A DNA stretch of 64,000 nucleotides from contig JABWCP010000007.1 in the NCBI GenBank assembly GCA_013360215.1, forward strand, positions 1-64,000. Direction: 5' to 3'. A program made the translations under genes and the position numbers. The DNA comes from a bacterium. Lineage in GTDB: Bacteria > CLD3 > SB21. Under the pieces are notes generated by a model. The model did not search any database. It was not told the origin of the DNA and was given only the letters and a program-made list of their open reading frames with translations. This document shows positions 29,936 through 40,596 of this stretch, in pieces. Numbering within the stretch: the first letter of the stretch is position 1; the number at the start of each line of letters is the position of its first letter.

Positions 29936-32092
29936 ATGCGACAATTATTTTTATGGCAGCGCATTACGCTATGTGTATTTGTTTTGCATATCGCATGTTC
30001 TGATCTAAAAGCACAAAGCTCTCTGCCGGTCATTGAGTTGACAGCACAATCCACGGTAATGGATGTGACCACAAAGATGGAGATTTTTGAAGATGCGAGC
30101 GGACAAAGTCAAATTGAGGATGTTATCCGTGATGATGTTTTGTTTAAAATAAACGATCAGGCTATGCCTAATTTTGGATTTACAAAATCCGCTTATTGGG
30201 TTCGTTTTGTCGTCCGGTCATCATCGGAGGCACATTGGTTTTTGCATCTCGATTTTCCTCTGATGGATGAATTGGTGATATACAGATTATCGAACGGGTT
30301 GCCGGAACCAATCCGAATAACCGGAAGAATGCGTGAATTTTCTTCGCGTGCTATTCCGCATCGTACCTTTGCAGTTCATTTACCTCTGCATGCAGGTTCG
30401 ACGGATACCTTGTACGCGCGGTTTCGTACGGATGATACGATGACGTTGCCCTTGTATCTTATTCGGGCGGATGTTTTCCGCGAAAGAGACCATACGCAGC
30501 AGTTTGGTTTCGGTTTGTACTACGGTATTATGCTCGTGATGGCATTGTATAATGTTTTTATTTTTTTCAAACTTCGCGATCGATCCTACCTCTATTATGT
30601 TTTATATATTGTCAGTTTTGGGATGCTCCTGATGTATCAAAACGGCATTAGCTATGAACTTTTTCCGTGGGCTCAATGGCGAATGGATCCGTTTTGGAGT
30701 TCGATGGCAAGTTTGTGGGGCATTCAGTTTTCGAGGCATTACCTGCTTAGTCATCGTTTTACGCCGCGCCTGGATCGCGTGCTAAAGATTTTGCTAATGA
30801 TGTCTGTCGTATCCGTTGTGATTTCTGTTGTCGCTCCTTATCGGTTTTCGATTTGGCCCGGTGTAGTGATCGGGATACTGATTTTTCCTTTAATGATTTC
30901 TACAGCGATTATAGCGATTCGTAAAAATTATACGCCCGGAAAGATATTTCTCACGGCATGGATTGTTTTACTTACAGGTATTGTTCTTAACGCTTTTATG
31001 AGCATGGGATTGCTTCCGGCCAACGATATCACTCTTTACGGCATTCAGGTGGGTTCAGCGTTAGAAACGGTTTTACTTTCACTCGGCCTTGCCAACCGTA
31101 TCAGTGTACTCAAACATGAAAAAGAGGAAGCTGAAAAAAAATTATTCGAAACGGAACTTCGTATGAAAGCCGCAGTCGTTCAACAACTTGAAGAAAAAGT
31201 GCGTGAACGAACGGCCCTTTTGGAAGCGCAAAAACAAGAACTGGCGCAGACACTAGAAGTTCTCAAAAACACGGAAGTCCAATTGGTACAAAGCGCTAAG
31301 ATGTCGGCTTTGGGTCAGCTTATTGCCGGAGTGGCACATGAGATCAATAATCCGATAACCTTTATTTACTCCAATCTGTACCCTCTGGAAGATTATATCG
31401 AACAGTTCAAACAACTTGCCAAAGCGGCGATTCAGCACGGACTGCACACGCAATTGCAAGATGAAGGTGTAAACAAAAAACTAAATAATCTGGATGAATT
31501 ATTTGATGATTCGGATCGCATACTCAAAAGTTTTCGTTTAGGTACGCAGCGCATACGAAACATCGTGCAGGATTTACAAAAATTTGAACATGCGGATGAG
31601 AGTGAAAAAATACCGGTTGATATGAACGATGAGATCCGCAGCGTTCTGAAGCTCATAACACCGCAATACCGCGATCAGATAGAAATCAACACGCAATGGG
31701 GTCCTATTCCTGAGTTCTATTGCACGCCTTCGCATTTTCATCAGATCTTTATGGATATTTTTATTAATGCGGCCCAGGCCATCATCCAGCGTAATAAAGA
31801 CGATAAAAGACCTAAGGGCAATCTTCACGTTGCTACGTATGTAGATGAAAGCCAGGCATGGATCGGAATAGATATCCGTGATGACGGAACAGGTGTCGCG
31901 CAGGAGCATATTACAAAAATTTTCGATCCTTTTTTTACGACCAAACCGGTCGGGGAGGGAACAGGGCTGGGTTTGGCCATAGCGTACCGATTGATCGAAA
32001 AAAATCGAGGCACGATTCAAGTGCAATCCAAAGTAAGGGACTTTACTCAATTTACTATTCGATTACCTATCAACTCATTAATAAAGGAGTGA
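29936..32092 (+). CDS. 7TM-DISM sensor histidine kinase
   Basis: NFGFTKSAYW (7TMR-DISMED2), GLYYG..YN..YLYY 7TM region, AGVAHEINNP, GTGLGL. Confidence 0.9.
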   Translation: MRQLFLWQRITLCVFVLHIACSDLKAQSSLPVIELTAQSTVMDVTTKMEIFEDASGQSQIEDVIRDDVLFKINDQAMPNFGFTKSAYWVRFVVRSSSEAHWFLHLDFPLMDELVIYRLSNGLPEPIRITGRMREFSSRAIPHRTFAVHLPLHAGSTDTLYARFRTDDTMTLPLYLIRADVFRERDHTQQFGFGLYYGIMLVMALYNVFIFFKLRDRSYLYYVLYIVSFGMLLMYQNGISYELFPWAQWRMDPFWSSMASLWGIQFSRHYLLSHRFTPRLDRVLKILLMMSVVSVVISVVAPYRFSIWPGVVIGILIFPLMISTAIIAIRKNYTPGKIFLTAWIVLLTGIVLNAFMSMGLLPANDITLYGIQVGSALETVLLSLGLANRISVLKHEKEEAEKKLFETELRMKAAVVQQLEEKVRERTALLEAQKQELAQTLEVLKNTEVQLVQSAKMSALGQLIAGVAHEINNPITFIYSNLYPLEDYIEQFKQLAKAAIQHGLHTQLQDEGVNKKLNNLDELFDDSDRILKSFRLGTQRIRNIVQDLQKFEHADESEKIPVDMNDEIRSVLKLITPQYRDQIEINTQWGPIPEFYCTPSHFHQIFMDIFINAAQAIIQRNKDDKRPKGNLHVATYVDESQAWIGIDIRDDGTGVAQEHITKIFDPFFTTKPVGEGTGLGLAIAYRLIEKNRGTIQVQSKVRDFTQFTIRLPINSLIKE

Positions 32093-32093
32093 C

Positions 32094-33008
32094 GTGAAAC
32101 GCTATCGTTGGCTGGTGATAACAGGGTCGGTTATTTTAAGTTTGGCGGCGTGTGAAGTAATGGTGCGGTACACTTTTTTACCTCTTTCAAGTCTGCACAA
32201 TGGCGCTGTCAATGTTCCGGATGCAAGGGGTTATGCGTTGCGTCCCGGGGCTTCCGTCGAATTTCGCGGTATACACGAGCCGTTGCCACAACCGGTGCAA
32301 TGGATCATTAATAAACAAGGTTTGCGTGCTGATCGTACGGACTCACTGCCGCGGATATCCGCCAAAAAACGTATTGCCGTATTTGGTGACAGTGAAGTAT
32401 TCGGTTGGTCGGTAAATTACGAAAATACATTTGAATCGATAATGATGCATGAGGAGCCGTCGCTGGAGGTGCTCAATTTCGGTGTGCCCGGATACAACGC
32501 TGAAAATATAGCGGATCATGTGGAACGCATGGCGCCGGGTTTTTCGTTAGACGGTATGATTTATTTGATCAATCCCAATGATCTTGATCCGCCATTGGCT
32601 TACCGTGAAGCAACGATTGATTCGGAATTATTGCGTCGGATTGCATTTGCCTATATGAGTCTGACGGAAACGGACTATGTAGAACACCGAAAATCCGACA
32701 GCGTTCGCATCGGATTTCTCAAACAGGTAGATCGCATCGCGCAATATGCTCAAACGCATCACATTCCTTTGATGTTAGTTTGTATGAATGAAGATGAGCT
32801 TCGTTTATTATCGGATAAACGGCCTTTGACCGGAGCAGCCGCGGTGACGGCGATTTCCGTGCACGATGTATTTACCCAATCGCCGAAATGGGATGTTCAT
32901 CTTTCAGTGAGCGGTCATCATACATTGGGTCAACGCATGCTTAGCGAATGGCGAAATTTTGCATCCGGATTACCGATGAAAGATTCAAAGACATTAGCGA
33001 ACAACTAA
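32094..33008 (+). CDS. SGNH/GDSL hydrolase-like protein
   Basis: GDSEVFG, NFGVPGY, ND, DVH. Confidence 0.75.
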   Translation: MKRYRWLVITGSVILSLAACEVMVRYTFLPLSSLHNGAVNVPDARGYALRPGASVEFRGIHEPLPQPVQWIINKQGLRADRTDSLPRISAKKRIAVFGDSEVFGWSVNYENTFESIMMHEEPSLEVLNFGVPGYNAENIADHVERMAPGFSLDGMIYLINPNDLDPPLAYREATIDSELLRRIAFAYMSLTETDYVEHRKSDSVRIGFLKQVDRIAQYAQTHHIPLMLVCMNEDELRLLSDKRPLTGAAAVTAISVHDVFTQSPKWDVHLSVSGHHTLGQRMLSEWRNFASGLPMKDSKTLANN

Positions 33009-33041
33009 AAGCAGAATCGAATGGTTTTTAGTGCCATGTGC

Positions 33042-33067
33042 GGAACATGTTTCATTATTTCTTCGTT
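33042..33067 (+). promoter_or_regulatory. Possible ECF promoter GGAAC-N17-CGTT
   Basis: Match about 50 nt upstream of the DUF885 gene. Confidence 0.35.
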
Positions 33068-33119
33068 CTCAAGTATACGATAAGTTTTTTGTATATATAA
33101 CATTTCAACTATCAGGGAT

Positions 33120-34787
33120 GTGAAAATTATGAGAACACATCGGTTTGTTTTAAAGGCCATACTCATGGCGTTGTGCGCGTCATCCTACGTTTTTGCCCAA
33201 TCTAAAGTCAAGTTACAATACAACGATCTTCAAAATATTCTTACGGAACTTCGATCGCTGGAGCGTATCGAAACACCGGAGGGTGTGCCGGACCATTCCG
33301 CTTCGTCGGTAGCGCATTCTTTGGAGCGATTGAGCGCGTTGCGTCTGCGGTATTCGAAAATAGATACGACCGGGTGGCCGATCGAACAGCGTATTGATCA
33401 TGCCTTGTTCGGTGCCGAAATCAACGGCCTGGAGTTTCATCTGCGGGTTCTTCGTCCCTGGTCACGCGACCCGGCGTATTATGCATTGATCTGGATGGAA
33501 GAAAGTGATACACCGGACCACGAAGGCCCGCTGTGCCATGCGTCGATTGATGTGTGGCGTTACACTTTTCCGCTGTCGTCAATGGATGAAAAAAAACTCA
33601 CTCGCCAACTGCAAGTCATTCCGCCGCTGTTGCGGCAAGCTCAATCCAATCTGACTGAAAATGCGCGTGATCTCTGGATCGCCGGTACGGCACAAGTACG
33701 CGAACAAATCAGCTTTCTGGATGAAATCAAATCGCAATCGCAAACCGCCGGTGCGGAACTCCATACCGCCATCAGCAATGCTACCGGTGCATATCGTGAT
33801 TTTGTATCATGGCTCGAAAAAGAAGCACCCTCTAAAAACGGACCATCGGGCATCGGTAAAGAAAATTATACGTGGTATTTACGCCACGTTTTGATGGTGC
33901 CGCTGTCGTGGGAGGAAGAGGTGACACTGCTCAAACGCGAATTGGATCGGGCGTATGCTTCGCTGGCTTTGGAACGGCAGCGTAATCGCGATCTTCCGGA
34001 GATTATTCCTTTTGGGGATGCGGCGTCGTTTCAAAAAGGTACCGATGCGGCCGTAAAAAAATTAGTACGCTTTCTGGAAGAGAAGAAAATATTGCATGTA
34101 AAACCGTACATGGAAAAAGAATTGCGTAAACATACGGGGCGATTCCAACCTGAATCGCAACGTCATTTTTTTGCAAATATCGTTCATCGTGCACCGAATG
34201 TTTTGTATTCGCATCTCACCCATTGGTTTGAGACAGCATGGCTTCGTGAAGAGCCGCATGCCAGCGCATTTCGTAAAACGGCACTGCCATACAATATCTG
34301 GGTTAGCCGTTCCGAAGGCATGGCTACGGGAATGGAAGAACTTCTGATGCATGCCGGTTTGTACGACGATGAGCCGCGTGCCCGTGAACTGGTGTGGATC
34401 ATGCTGGCCCAACGTTGTGCGCGGGGCTTGGCTTCGCTGTATGCCCATGCCAATATGATAGACTACGATGCCGCACGGCAATTTCAGGTAACGTGGACGC
34501 CGCAAGGCTGGACGGGTGATCCTGCGTTGGTAGGATTTGAACAGCATCTGTATCTGCGCATGCCGGGTTATGGTACAAGTTATGTAAGCGGAAAGTATAT
34601 GTTGGAGCGCCTTATGATGGAGCGCAGCCGTCAGGTCGGTTCATCCTATAGTGTCTATCAGTATTTTACAGAACTGTACTCCGCCGGTATGATCCCCGTG
34701 TCATTGATACGATGGCAATTGACAGGATTAGATGATGAAGTGCGGGGTCTGATGATGATATCAAACGAAAAAAATCAGGGGAAATGA
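33120..34787 (+). CDS. DUF885-like exported protein
   Basis: Signal peptide; RPWSRDPAYY, SEGMATGMEE, PGYGTSY. Confidence 0.7.
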   Translation: MKIMRTHRFVLKAILMALCASSYVFAQSKVKLQYNDLQNILTELRSLERIETPEGVPDHSASSVAHSLERLSALRLRYSKIDTTGWPIEQRIDHALFGAEINGLEFHLRVLRPWSRDPAYYALIWMEESDTPDHEGPLCHASIDVWRYTFPLSSMDEKKLTRQLQVIPPLLRQAQSNLTENARDLWIAGTAQVREQISFLDEIKSQSQTAGAELHTAISNATGAYRDFVSWLEKEAPSKNGPSGIGKENYTWYLRHVLMVPLSWEEEVTLLKRELDRAYASLALERQRNRDLPEIIPFGDAASFQKGTDAAVKKLVRFLEEKKILHVKPYMEKELRKHTGRFQPESQRHFFANIVHRAPNVLYSHLTHWFETAWLREEPHASAFRKTALPYNIWVSRSEGMATGMEELLMHAGLYDDEPRARELVWIMLAQRCARGLASLYAHANMIDYDAARQFQVTWTPQGWTGDPALVGFEQHLYLRMPGYGTSYVSGKYMLERLMMERSRQVGSSYSVYQYFTELYSAGMIPVSLIRWQLTGLDDEVRGLMMISNEKNQGK

Positions 34788-34796
34788 TTTTTATAA

Positions 34797-36410
34797 TTAG
34801 CTTTTTAGAGGCAAACCGAAATCGGTCACTGCGCGAACGATCTCGTCAAATGAAACAGGTTTAGGTAGGATACGCTGAATGCCCGTTTGTTCTGCTTTTT
34901 CTTTATCGAGCTGAGAGCCCCAGCCGGTGATCATAACGATATTCGTTTGTGGTGCACGTTTCTTAATTTCTTGCGAAACTTCCCAACCCGACATACCCGG
35001 CATACCCAGATCGGTAAAGACAATATCAAAACTGCGCTCTTCGATCATGCGAATGGCTTCTTTACCGGAACTGGCTTGGTGTACTTCATGGTCCTGTATC
35101 TCAAGCATTTCAACCAACGTAGTGCGCACGGCCTCGTCGTCATCTACTACAAGTACAGATAGAGGTTTCGGCGGGCCGACTTCTTTAGCCCGCGCGACAT
35201 CCGGTGCAAGTTGCTGTACAAAAAGAGCCGCCATGAGCTTGACATAAAATGTCGTACCTTCTCCCGGCGTGCTTTTAAATGAAAGATGTCCGCGATGCCG
35301 CTGTACGATACCGTAAGCGGTGCTCATACCCAAGCCGCTGCCATGCTGATTTTTGGTCGTAAAGAAAGGATCAAAAACTTTGGATTGAATATTTTCAGGA
35401 ATCCCGCAGCCCGTATCGCTTAATTCCGTCACGACCCACAACGTGTTTTCGATCTGTTCGGTGTAGGTACGAATCGAAAGCGTACCGCCTTCGCGCATCG
35501 CGTCAACGGAATTGAAAATGATATTAATAAAAACGTCTTTGAGTTCCGAAGCGTCGCCTGAAACGAGCGGTACATCGCCGAATTGACTTTGCAAATTGAT
35601 CGTAACACCCAAACTGTTGGATTCATCCTGCCAACGTGTTTTGGTCATTTCGATCACTTCTTCCAGCATGCTATTGAGCGCTATGGATTCGAAACGTTCA
35701 TCTTTACGAATGCGTGTGTAATCCTGCATGCGTTTGATCGTGGCTGATCCTTTGAGCGCCGATCGCGTAATCATATCCAGATCTTTGGACACATCCGTAT
35801 CGTGGATTTTCTGAGAGAGCAGTTGCGAACGTCCCAATATGACAGCGAGGATATTATTAAAATCGTGAGCGACACCACTGGTGATGACACCCAACGAACG
35901 CAAACGTTCGGATTGAACCAACTGGTCCTGCGTCGCTTTCAGTTCTTGCGTCCGCTCATCCACCATTTGTTCAAGGTGAGTCTGGTAGTCAAATATTTTT
36001 TTCTGAAGTTTGGCGCGTTCAAGAGCACGTCGGATACGGATGATAAATTCGTCCCGCTCGCGGTCACCGCTGGCTTTAAAAATATAATCTTCCGCGCCTT
36101 CTTTGAGCGCCTGGATGGCTGATTCACGATCGCCGAATGCCGTCATAATCACGACCGGCATGGTGGGGCGTTTGGATTTGGAAACGCGCAGTAATCCGAT
36201 ACCGTCCATATCGGGCATGATAAGATCGCACAGCAAAAGGTCGTAACCTTTTTGCTCGATCATGTTTTTTGCGGTAAGCGGTTCGTGCGTACTCTCGACA
36301 TCAAAGCCTTCTTTTTTGAGCATCGTGCTCATCGCAAAAAGTTGAACTTTACTGTCGTCGACTACCAAGATACGCTCGCCGGATGAGATAGTGGCGGCTG
36401 GTTCACTCAT
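34797..36410 (-). CDS. Hybrid kinase receiver-HK-receiver
   Basis: Two receiver domains, AHDFNNIL, FFTTK..GSGLG; start moved to Met22. Confidence 0.9.
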   Translation of the reverse strand: MSEPAATISSGERILVVDDSKVQLFAMSTMLKKEGFDVESTHEPLTAKNMIEQKGYDLLLCDLIMPDMDGIGLLRVSKSKRPTMPVVIMTAFGDRESAIQALKEGAEDYIFKASGDRERDEFIIRIRRALERAKLQKKIFDYQTHLEQMVDERTQELKATQDQLVQSERLRSLGVITSGVAHDFNNILAVILGRSQLLSQKIHDTDVSKDLDMITRSALKGSATIKRMQDYTRIRKDERFESIALNSMLEEVIEMTKTRWQDESNSLGVTINLQSQFGDVPLVSGDASELKDVFINIIFNSVDAMREGGTLSIRTYTEQIENTLWVVTELSDTGCGIPENIQSKVFDPFFTTKNQHGSGLGMSTAYGIVQRHRGHLSFKSTPGEGTTFYVKLMAALFVQQLAPDVARAKEVGPPKPLSVLVVDDDEAVRTTLVEMLEIQDHEVHQASSGKEAIRMIEERSFDIVFTDLGMPGMSGWEVSQEIKKRAPQTNIVMITGWGSQLDKEKAEQTGIQRILPKPVSFDEIVRAVTDFGLPLKS

Positions 36411-36492
36411 AGCGCTTGTAATGTATAAAAAACATACTGGAATAGAAAATAAAAAAATTGTTCTTTGTCTCACATAAGATCAAGGAAACGCT

Positions 36493-36879
36493 ATGGAAAA
36501 ACAACGCTTCAGTTCAGGTGCACCGTGGGAACCGATTGTCGGTTATTCGCGGGTCGTTCGCGCCGGTCAATTCATCTATGTATCCGGTACCACCGCGACG
36601 GATGAAAACGGTAAGCTGATCGGAAAAAATGACGCGCATGCACAAACTGTGCAAACGATCATTAATATCGAAAAAGCATTGCACAAAGCCGGCGCCAATC
36701 TTACCGATGTCGTGCGAACACGTATCTATGTTGTCCATATTGAGCGCGATTGGGAAATCATCGGGCGGGTGCATGGCGAATTTTTTAAAAACATTCGCCC
36801 GGCTACAGCGATGATTGAAGTGCGGAAATTGATAGATCCGGACATGTTGGTGGAAATCGAAGCAGAAGCAGTAGTGTGA
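36493..36879 (+). CDS. RidA/YjgF family protein
   Basis: [32 protein letters not shown]. Confidence 0.92.
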   Translation: MEKQRFSSGAPWEPIVGYSRVVRAGQFIYVSGTTATDENGKLIGKNDAHAQTVQTIINIEKALHKAGANLTDVVRTRIYVVHIERDWEIIGRVHGEFFKNIRPATAMIEVRKLIDPDMLVEIEAEAVV

Positions 36880-38088
36880 TCAAAGCGTAATGCGCTCCCA
36901 AACCGTAGCCATGCCTTGCCCCAGACCGACGCACATCGTTGCCAATCCGTAACGCGATTGACGGCGTTTCATCTCGTTGGTAAGTGAACCGATGATGCGT
37001 GCACCCGAACAGCCCAACGGGTGCCCCAAAGCGATCGCGCCGCCATTGACATTGACGCGGGCATCGTCCAATCCCAAAGCCTGCATACAAGCCAAAACTT
37101 GGATTGCAAAGGCTTCATTGATTTCGATCAAATCTATATCGTTGAGAGATACATGAGCGTATTGCAAAGCGCGACGTGTTGCTTCGACCGGTCCTAATCC
37201 CATGATGTCGGGATGAATCCCCGTGACCGCATATCCGCGCAGTACAAATCCTTCGCGATGCCCGTTTTCCCTCGCTACGTCAGGCGAAACAAGCAGAAGC
37301 AGTGACGCGCCGTCGTTCATCGGACAGCTGTTTCCTGCCGTGACAGTACCGTCATCCCGAAATGCCGGTTTAAGTTTGGATAATGTTTCCATAGAAGCGT
37401 CTTCGCGCGGGCATTCATCGGTATCTATGAGGACTTCGTTTTTTCCTTGGCGTACGCGTAGCGCGATGATTTCTTCTTTCCACGACCCCTTATTCCGTGC
37501 CGCGATAGCTTTGCGATGACTGGCTACGGCAAAAGCGTCCTGCGTTTCACGAGTGATGGCAAATTGTTTGATAATTTCCTCGGCCGTTTCGCCCATAGAC
37601 AAAGGGCGCACACGTTTGGTAATACGCGGATTGATAAATCGCCAACCCAGCGCGGTATCGTGCATCGTCATCGACCCGTTGGGAAAAGCTTTTTCGGCTT
37701 TGGCGACAGCGTAGGGCGCTCGGGACATGCTCTCAACGCCGCCGGCCAATAGCGTGCGGGCAAATCCGCTTTGGATCGTCATTGCGGCCGAAGCGACGGC
37801 CTGCATGGATGAACTGCATAAGCGGTTGATCGTTTGCCCGGGTATTTCAAAAGGTAAGTTCGAACTCAAAATAGCCATACGTGCGATATTGCGTCCGTCT
37901 TCGCCAGCCTGATTGGCGCAGCCGACGATCACGTCATCGCATTGGTGGGTCAGCCACGGATGCCGATCGGACATAGCATTGAGCAAATTTCCCATCATGT
38001 CGTCGGGACGAACTGAGGATAAATATCCACCTATTTTTCCGATGGGTGTACGAATCGCATCAATAAGTACGGCTTGGGGTGCATTCAT
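36880..38088 (-). CDS. Acyl-CoA thiolase, PcaF/PaaJ (3-oxoadipyl/3-oxopimeloyl-CoA) type
   Basis: [45 protein letters not shown]-coupled to upstream gene. Confidence 0.9.
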   Translation of the reverse strand: MNAPQAVLIDAIRTPIGKIGGYLSSVRPDDMMGNLLNAMSDRHPWLTHQCDDVIVGCANQAGEDGRNIARMAILSSNLPFEIPGQTINRLCSSSMQAVASAAMTIQSGFARTLLAGGVESMSRAPYAVAKAEKAFPNGSMTMHDTALGWRFINPRITKRVRPLSMGETAEEIIKQFAITRETQDAFAVASHRKAIAARNKGSWKEEIIALRVRQGKNEVLIDTDECPREDASMETLSKLKPAFRDDGTVTAGNSCPMNDGASLLLLVSPDVARENGHREGFVLRGYAVTGIHPDIMGLGPVEATRRALQYAHVSLNDIDLIEINEAFAIQVLACMQALGLDDARVNVNGGAIALGHPLGCSGARIIGSLTNEMKRRQSRYGLATMCVGLGQGMATVWERITL

Positions 38089-38354
38089 AACGATTTGCGG
38101 GTATAAATGATTTGGTGTTTTTCGATGGCTGCACGGCAACCGTTGCATTCAGCGCTTACGGACTGTACATCAATCGGCAGCAACTGCACTTCAAAACCCA
38201 TTTCTTCATAATTGAGTTTAGCTTCCTGAGCCGCACGCGGATCAGCGACATAGCGGCGTTGCCAACCATGACCGATCAGACGGGTTTCATCCGCGTTGAT
38301 GCACCCGCCGTTGGAACTGATCTGAATGACGGTCAATGGTTTGAAATCAGACAT
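38085..38354 (-). CDS. Small (89 aa) hypothetical protein with CxxC, inside the BCR operon
   Basis: GWQRRY..E..YEEMGFEV..ECNGC..IYTR; overlaps both neighbours (start moved to Met18). Confidence 0.75.
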   Translation of the reverse strand: MSDFKPLTVIQISSNGGCINADETRLIGHGWQRRYVADPRAAQEAKLNYEEMGFEVQLLPIDVQSVSAECNGCRAAIEKHQIIYTRKSL

Positions 38355-38949
38355 GATTGTTATAGATAAAAGTCTTGGATAGTTCGGGAATAATGGAGAC
38401 ATCAAAATCCGGCATATTCATCTGATGGCCGATATCCTTCGCCAGAGCCAACGCTTTTTGATGGCGTCGCCCGTCGCGCTCCGTGATCAAATAATCCCCA
38501 ATCAACCGTACATCATCCGCCGCTTCGATGTGTGCCTCCGCCATAGCGAAAACGCCGTGATCTTCTTTGTGGATATGGTCACGTAGCATAACGACAAAGG
38601 TATTAGCATCATCTGCAAAAGAACCGGTCGTTTTATTTCTATCAAAATCATCCAACGCACGTTGCATACGTCCGACGAGATCACGTCCGGTGACGTGTTC
38701 ATCTTCGAGCATTGCGACAGCATCCATGCCAATATGGCGCGCGTTTAGCCATTTGAATAAAATAGCTTCCTCTTTGCCGTGGTGACATTGATCGGCAAAC
38801 TCGCGTAAAAACGTAATCACTTTGCGACCGATCTCTACATCTACGGTATGGTCCTTAGCGGCTTTATTGGCCATACGTTCTAATGCGTTCAAGACGTATT
38901 CGATGATGCGGTGCTCTTCGGTTAAGATGGCAATATTGCGTGCGATCAT
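38347..38949 (-). CDS. Hemerythrin/HHE cation-binding domain protein
   Basis: EEHRII, HHGKEE..LF, DEH, HIHKED..F; ATGA overlap with bcrD (start moved to Met53). Confidence 0.88.
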   Translation of the reverse strand: MIARNIAILTEEHRIIEYVLNALERMANKAAKDHTVDVEIGRKVITFLREFADQCHHGKEEAILFKWLNARHIGMDAVAMLEDEHVTGRDLVGRMQRALDDFDRNKTTGSFADDANTFVVMLRDHIHKEDHGVFAMAEAHIEAADDVRLIGDYLITERDGRRHQKALALAKDIGHQMNMPDFDVSIIPELSKTFIYNNHV

Positions 38950-39764
38950 GCCGTCACCGAAGCTGAACGTTCCCGTGTCTGACTCTGACGAATGTGCGCT
39001 AATAATGCACATCCGAGTGCGGCTGTAAATTGCGGCATATCGCCTTCCGGAACATTGACTGTACCGGTAAGCTTTTCGCGGATACTGCTCACCATTTTTT
39101 CCCAACGTAAAATGCCACCGATGAGCGTAAATTCACTCTCGGCTTTGATGCGTTTCAAAAGTTGTACGGAACGATCGGTAAGTGAAAGGATGGCGCCGAA
39201 CATAATGTCTTCCGGAGGAACGCCTTCCGACAAGTGGCTGATCACTTCCGATTCTGCAAAAACGGCACACACACCAGAGATACCAACTTCGGAACGGGAT
39301 AAATTGAGCAATGATCCGATATCCGTGGTGCTATAGCCCATATAGCGTGCGGTTTTTTCGATGAATGCGCCCGTACCTGCCGCACATTTATCGTTGAGGC
39401 GAAAGGTAAGCACTTTGGAGCGATCATCTACGCGACTGGCTTTCATTGTTTGTCCACCGATATCAAGTATGGTGCGCGTTTTCGGATATAAGAATTGCGC
39501 GCCGCGTGCAGCGGCCGTAAGGTCAGTAACTTGCATATCCCGCGTATCTACGAGATGACGACCATATCCCGTAGTCATTGTGTAGTGAATATTTTCTCTT
39601 AGAATACCGCCATCCCTACAGGCTTGAGTGATGACTTCCTCGGCCACTTCATTGAGCCGGGAGCCTGTTGCCGCCATATATTTACCGCGAATTTTTTTCT
39701 CATCATCGAGGATGATAGCTTTGGTGTAGGTAGAGCCTACGTCGAGTCCGAGTGTGCAGTTCAT
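38946..39764 (-). CDS. bcrD: Class I benzoyl-CoA reductase ATP-dependent activator subunit (BcrD/BzdP position)
   Basis: [38 protein letters not shown] (ASKHA [4Fe-4S] activator). Confidence 0.8.
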   Translation of the reverse strand: MNCTLGLDVGSTYTKAIILDDEKKIRGKYMAATGSRLNEVAEEVITQACRDGGILRENIHYTMTTGYGRHLVDTRDMQVTDLTAAARGAQFLYPKTRTILDIGGQTMKASRVDDRSKVLTFRLNDKCAAGTGAFIEKTARYMGYSTTDIGSLLNLSRSEVGISGVCAVFAESEVISHLSEGVPPEDIMFGAILSLTDRSVQLLKRIKAESEFTLIGGILRWEKMVSSIREKLTGTVNVPEGDMPQFTAALGCALLAHIRQSQTRERSASVTA

Positions 39765-40573
39765 GCGACAGCCTCCTTTTGCGGTTGACGGGCGGCGACG
39801 ATATGATCCATCGCAAAAAGTGCTGCACCGAGTGCGCCCATGAAGTGGGAATCGGCGCCGACATTGATTTTACGTTGCAGCGAATCTTCAAGCGCCTTGA
39901 TCATGCCAACATTGCGGGCAACACCGCCGGTAAAAGTGATTTCATCTTCGATACCGACACGACGCAAAAGGCCGATGGATCGCGCCGCGATAGATTGATG
40001 TACACCCCAGAGTATATCTTCGACTTTTTTTCCTTTGCCCAACCATGATAAAATTTCCGATTCCGCAAAAACGGTGCACGTCGTTGTGATACGAACGGCC
40101 TTCATCGCTTCGAGCGCCGTTTGTCCGAGGTTGTCCAACGGGATGTGCAATGTCATTGCCGCCGCGCCAAGAAAACGTCCTGTGCCGGCGGCACATTTAT
40201 CATTCATACAAAAATCAATGATCTCACCTTTATCGCTCACGCGAATCGCTTTGCTGTCTTGCCCGCCCATATCAAGCACCGTGCGCGTTTTGGGAAACAT
40301 GTGCACTGCGCCGCGCCCATGGCAACTGATTTCAGTGATTTGTTTATTGCCGAATGTCACTTTATAACGACCGTATCCGGTACCGATGACGTATTCGATT
40401 TCTTCTTCGGAAACCTGAGCGGCTTCGGCCGCTTGTCGAAATGCTTTTTGCGCCGCTAAAGTTACATTGGCGCCGGTATCGATCAGTGCGCGTTGTACAA
40501 TCTGGCGTTGTTCGTTGATGATCACGGCTTTGGTTTGGGTGGAACCTACATCCACGCCTGCAGAATAAGCCAT
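39761..40573 (-). CDS. bcrA: Class I benzoyl-CoA reductase activator subunit (short BcrA/BzdQ-like)
   Basis: [51 protein letters not shown]. Confidence 0.8.
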   Translation of the reverse strand: MAYSAGVDVGSTQTKAVIINEQRQIVQRALIDTGANVTLAAQKAFRQAAEAAQVSEEEIEYVIGTGYGRYKVTFGNKQITEISCHGRGAVHMFPKTRTVLDMGGQDSKAIRVSDKGEIIDFCMNDKCAAGTGRFLGAAAMTLHIPLDNLGQTALEAMKAVRITTTCTVFAESEILSWLGKGKKVEDILWGVHQSIAARSIGLLRRVGIEDEITFTGGVARNVGMIKALEDSLQRKINVGADSHFMGALGAALFAMDHIVAARQPQKEAVA

Positions 40574-40596
40574 AAGGATTCTCCTTGGTTATTTTG

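Noticed and set aside
38950-39105. Long N-terminal extensions in the ORF track (hemerythrin, thiolase, dch, bcrC, mutS, ansA and others)
   Set aside because: They overlap upstream genes or regulatory DNA; internal ATGs give stop/start coupling or good RBSs, so these are not real overlaps or frameshifts
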